Assembly (NCBI GenBank): GCA_964584335.1
Contig: CAZOZN010000002.1
Span: forward strand, 194,974-258,973
DNA length: 64,000 nt
From: an uncultured archaeon
GTDB taxonomy: Archaea > Aenigmatarchaeota > Aenigmatarchaeia > PWEA01 > JAGHBM01
Reading direction: 5' to 3'
Position 1 is the stretch's first letter, and each line of letters begins with the position of its first letter. Below are positions 61,058 through 64,000 of this stretch, one piece after another. The position numbers were made by a program, and so were the translations under genes. Below the pieces are notes generated by a model that had not been told where the DNA came from, ran no database searches, and worked only from the letters and a program-made list of their open reading frames with translations.

Positions 61058-64000
61058 TTACCAAGAGGCGTTAGCCATTATTGTTATTACTCCTGAATAT
61101 TCACCGAAATAAACCGGATAAGAGTCTATCCAGAAGTACATGTTGTATATTATTCCAGACTGGGGGTTTGATTGTATTGTTTTGTACGTAGTGCTGAGGT
61201 TTTCAGATGTCGGATATCCGCTACAACCCTTACACCAGCTTATGTTTCCAACTCCCAGATTAGAATACCCAGATGAAAGATGTGTTCCTTTTATGTAAAT
61301 ACCGTCACCATCATTTGAGTTTTTAGCTAATCCAATCTGATAAGGATTTCCTGGTGCTGCCAATCCTTGCTGGTTGGGGTTTTCATTTCCCCAGTCTATA
61401 CTGTTAGTTGATACATTCAGCACCAGTACTTTACCTATCCTTATCAGAGAGTTGGTTGTGTCGTTAGAGGGGTTATAGAATATAACATCAATGTTGTAGT
61501 AATCATCAAGATTGCCTGTTGCATTTACTATCCATAACATGTTGCAGCTTTCATCCTGGTTTAGGTTGCATGTTTGCGGGTTTGCGTTTAAAGTGTAGAA
61601 AGGAGTCCCGCTTGCTGGGATGTTTGTGTTGGGTTCTCCCGAGGTTGAATTGTATCTTACTGCTCCTTCTATGTTACCGCAGTTGTCATCTTTACATGTT
61701 ACTGTTGCATTTACAGTGAAGTTTCTGTACAAAGGAACTATTGTATTATCCGGAGGCGTGTTTAGTTTTACCACCAACCTTCCCGCATATTCTACCTGAG
61801 TTATATTGACTGTAGAATTGTCTTCATAGTTACTGGAGGAGTTGTAGTAAAGAGAATTTTGGTTGGTTATGTTACATTTTGTATAATATATTCCATTTGA
61901 ATATATACTCTTGTTTACGTACCAGTTAGCCGTAGCTCTTCCTGACGGGGATGACTCAGTAGTATTTACAAACCACTCGTGTGTGTTGTTGTATACATAG
62001 AAACTTACATTATAATCTTCTATTCCAGAGTCTGTTTCATTGTCTTTTACGTCACATTGTAGCTGTATGGTTTCTGTTTGGTTATATTTTGAACCAGAGG
62101 GTGGAGAAAACCATTCAATTTTTGAGTAACCTCTTACGAATATGTCTCTTTCATCAAAACCATTCTGGTAATTGTTCTTGTAAGTTGTTATATTTATTTT
62201 GTTTATTCCAACGCTCATGTCATTTGGAACAATCCAAGTGGAATTTTCCTGGTTTGATATTTCTCCCGGTTCGCTTTTCCATGACACGGAGTCAGGGATT
62301 ATATTAATTCCATTCTCGTCTTCGGTCGTAGAGTTGAGTTTAACGGTTTCTCCTCTCCAGTATTCACTTTCATTTATCGGATATTGTATTGAAGTGTTTA
62401 AAATTCCCTGAAGTGTAATTGTACCGGAATCATCCGATATTATACTTTTCTCGTAATAAAGTGAGGGCTCATCTCCTATTTCACAATGGAGTGTCTCGTC
62501 GCCAACAGGATAACCGGAAAAATCATAATCTATGCTTGCATGGCCCGAAGAGTTTGTGTCTGATGAACCCAACTGGTCCCAAGTGGAGTTGTAGAAAACT
62601 ACAGTATAATCTTCAATGGGCTGACCATTGTTGTAATCTTTTACCCTGGCTACCAGTTTTAAACTTCCCCTATTTTTATATCCCGTGGGTGATATCCATT
62701 CAACTTCCGAGTATCCCTTAACAGTAAATTCTATGTATGGAAGGGAGTCATTCATATTTCCAAGTGAATCGTTTGCATAGGCTTTTATAACGTGTTTTCC
62801 AACTAACCAGTCGTCTCCTATTCCTATGCTTATGTTTGTCCAGTTTTGGGTGTAGGGAGAGTCTGCACCATTCTCTATCATAGAAGATGAGGTTGAGTTG
62901 TACTCCCAGTATGCATAATCAGGCATATCATCCCATAGAGCGTAAGCCTTTATGGCTTCATCCTTGTATACATTAGTTTCATTTATGTTATAATTGTTAT
63001 TTACTATTCTGGGTGCCTGTGTATCTTCTCCAGGAACAGCCGTATAAAGAGTGTCCGATAAAACGTAGTTTTCAGAAGCGTTGTAATAACTGGGTAAATT
63101 ATCAGTTATATTGCATGTTATTAATTCATTCCCGCTGCTCTGGTCTGTATAATTCCAGTAAGCCCAGCCATCACTTCCCGTTGTGTTTGTTCCTAGTTCG
63201 TGTGTTTGGTTGTAGAATTTCACTGGATAGTCTTCTATTGATTCCGAAGAATTAGAATCCTCCACTTTACATCCTATTATACTTGAGTTACCCACGTAAA
63301 TTGTATCAGGGTTGAGTTCTATTTCTGTAACAGAAGCCCATCCCCAAGCTTCAAAATCGAGAATGCCAGTCACGTTGTAGTTTCCGAAAAAGTCCTCCCC
63401 GAAAATTCTCCATTGAACCGAACCGAGCTCGGAATCAGCGGGATAACTAAAGCTGAAGTTGGACCATGACTCGTTTCCTGACATTGATAGGGGGCTGTGC
63501 AGGCTCGAGTTAAGAAATACACCTGTATCATTTGATTCCAATACAGCCTGAGACAGCCGGTAGTTATCGGTCCAGTAAGCAGAAATCTTAAGGCTTTCTC
63601 CCTTGTGAACCACTTCCTTGCTGCTTTCGGTGCTGTACCACTTCGGCTTTTCATTTTCTCTTGTTGTCAGCTCCAGGGTTCTTTGATAGCTTGTTTCAGA
63701 GGCGTTATAATAACTTGAAGGCTTGTCAGTTATGTTGCATGTTATTGTTTCCGTACCGAGTGAGTTGTCTGTCCAAGTAAAGTTAGACCATCCTGTTTGG
63801 TTGGTTTTGCCTACATACATGAGGTCCGTGGAATTGTAGAAGCTTATGTTGTAATCTTCCAAATAATAATTTTCGTCATCCCTTACTCTGCAGTAGAAAG
63901 TTACCTGCTCTCCTTGGTTTATTGTTTTGGATGACGGGCTTGAATCTGTAACAGAAGCTATTCCGTAAACTTCAAATTCCATGTAAGTTAGGGTTCCATT
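61058..64000 (-). CDS. Very large Ig-repeat surface glycoprotein (5' part outside the window)
   Basis: Frame open to the window edge; four homologous C..V.D....IEDY.V.FY...C.I....YY repeats; dense sequons. Confidence 0.8.
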   Translation of the reverse strand, partial: NGTLTYMEFEVYGIASVTDSSPSSKTINQGEQVTFYCRVRDDENYYLEDYNISFYNSTDLMYVGKTNQTGWSNFTWTDNSLGTETITCNITDKPSSYYNASETSYQRTLELTTRENEKPKWYSTESSKEVVHKGESLKISAYWTDNYRLSQAVLESNDTGVFLNSSLHSPLSMSGNESWSNFSFSYPADSELGSVQWRIFGEDFFGNYNVTGILDFEAWGWASVTEIELNPDTIYVGNSSIIGCKVEDSNSSESIEDYPVKFYNQTHELGTNTTGSDGWAYWNYTDQSSGNELITCNITDNLPSYYNASENYVLSDTLYTAVPGEDTQAPRIVNNNYNINETNVYKDEAIKAYALWDDMPDYAYWEYNSTSSSMIENGADSPYTQNWTNISIGIGDDWLVGKHVIKAYANDSLGNMNDSLPYIEFTVKGYSEVEWISPTGYKNRGSLKLVARVKDYNNGQPIEDYTVVFYNSTWDQLGSSDTNSSGHASIDYDFSGYPVGDETLHCEIGDEPSLYYEKSIISDDSGTITLQGILNTSIQYPINESEYWRGETVKLNSTTEDENGINIIPDSVSWKSEPGEISNQENSTWIVPNDMSVGINKINITTYKNNYQNGFDERDIFVRGYSKIEWFSPPSGSKYNQTETIQLQCDVKDNETDSGIEDYNVSFYVYNNTHEWFVNTTESSPSGRATANWYVNKSIYSNGIYYTKCNITNQNSLYYNSSSNYEDNSTVNITQVEYAGRLVVKLNTPPDNTIVPLYRNFTVNATVTCKDDNCGNIEGAVRYNSTSGEPNTNIPASGTPFYTLNANPQTCNLNQDESCNMLWIVNATGNLDDYYNIDVIFYNPSNDTTNSLIRIGKVLVLNVSTNSIDWGNENPNQQGLAAPGNPYQIGLAKNSNDGDGIYIKGTHLSSGYSNLGVGNISWCKGCSGYPTSENLSTTYKTIQSNPQSGIIYNMYFWIDSYPVYFGEYSGVITIMANASW

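Noticed and set aside
1-64000. CRISPR array, rRNA, transposase, integrase or defence island
   Set aside because: No regularly spaced direct repeats, rRNA-like tracts or recognisable mobile-element/defence proteins seen; the possible Cas2-like fold of ORF120 has no cas context

Overview
AT-rich archaeal chromosome segment, most consistent with a DPANN-type (Aenigmarchaeota-like) organism. This is an inference from archaeal AglB, RadB, type II Map, CDC48, a histone, BHB-intron tRNAs, GGTGA/GGAGG Shine-Dalgarno sites and a fermentative gene set. 1-11.6 kb is an N-glycosylation (agl) cluster: MraY/GPT-like enzyme, GT-C, flippase-like protein, phosphodiesterase, GT4, AglB, two GT2s and an HpnJ-like B12 radical SAM enzyme. 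12-31 kb holds acetate/pyruvate/PPi metabolism (porB, Na+/H+-PPase, acs, acdA, ppsA), a bacterial-type metK, nth, lhr, an ABC exporter, galT and PMM. 31-51 kb is housekeeping (map, cdc48, uppP, radB, topA, serS, tyrS, beta-CASP RNase, rtcA, hsp20, porA/D/G, acdB, PRC-barrel). 51-52.3 kb has four tRNAs carrying five introns and a 55-aa histone missed by the ORF track. 52-64 kb has a kinase, thrC, tandem moxR plus DUF58 and large surface proteins. Most notable observations: (1) related palindromic tRNA introns at three different tRNA positions; (2) a 27-bp near-palindrome (24/27 identical) shared by the hsp20 and ORF120-cdc48 promoters; (3) a 72-nt structured ncRNA candidate; (4) an HpnJ-like radical SAM enzyme inside the agl cluster; (5) a self-contained 11-codon transcription unit; (6) a ~35-kb inversion that would restore porG-D-A-B. 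No CRISPR array, rRNA or transposase was seen. All family assignments come from motif recognition, not database searches.
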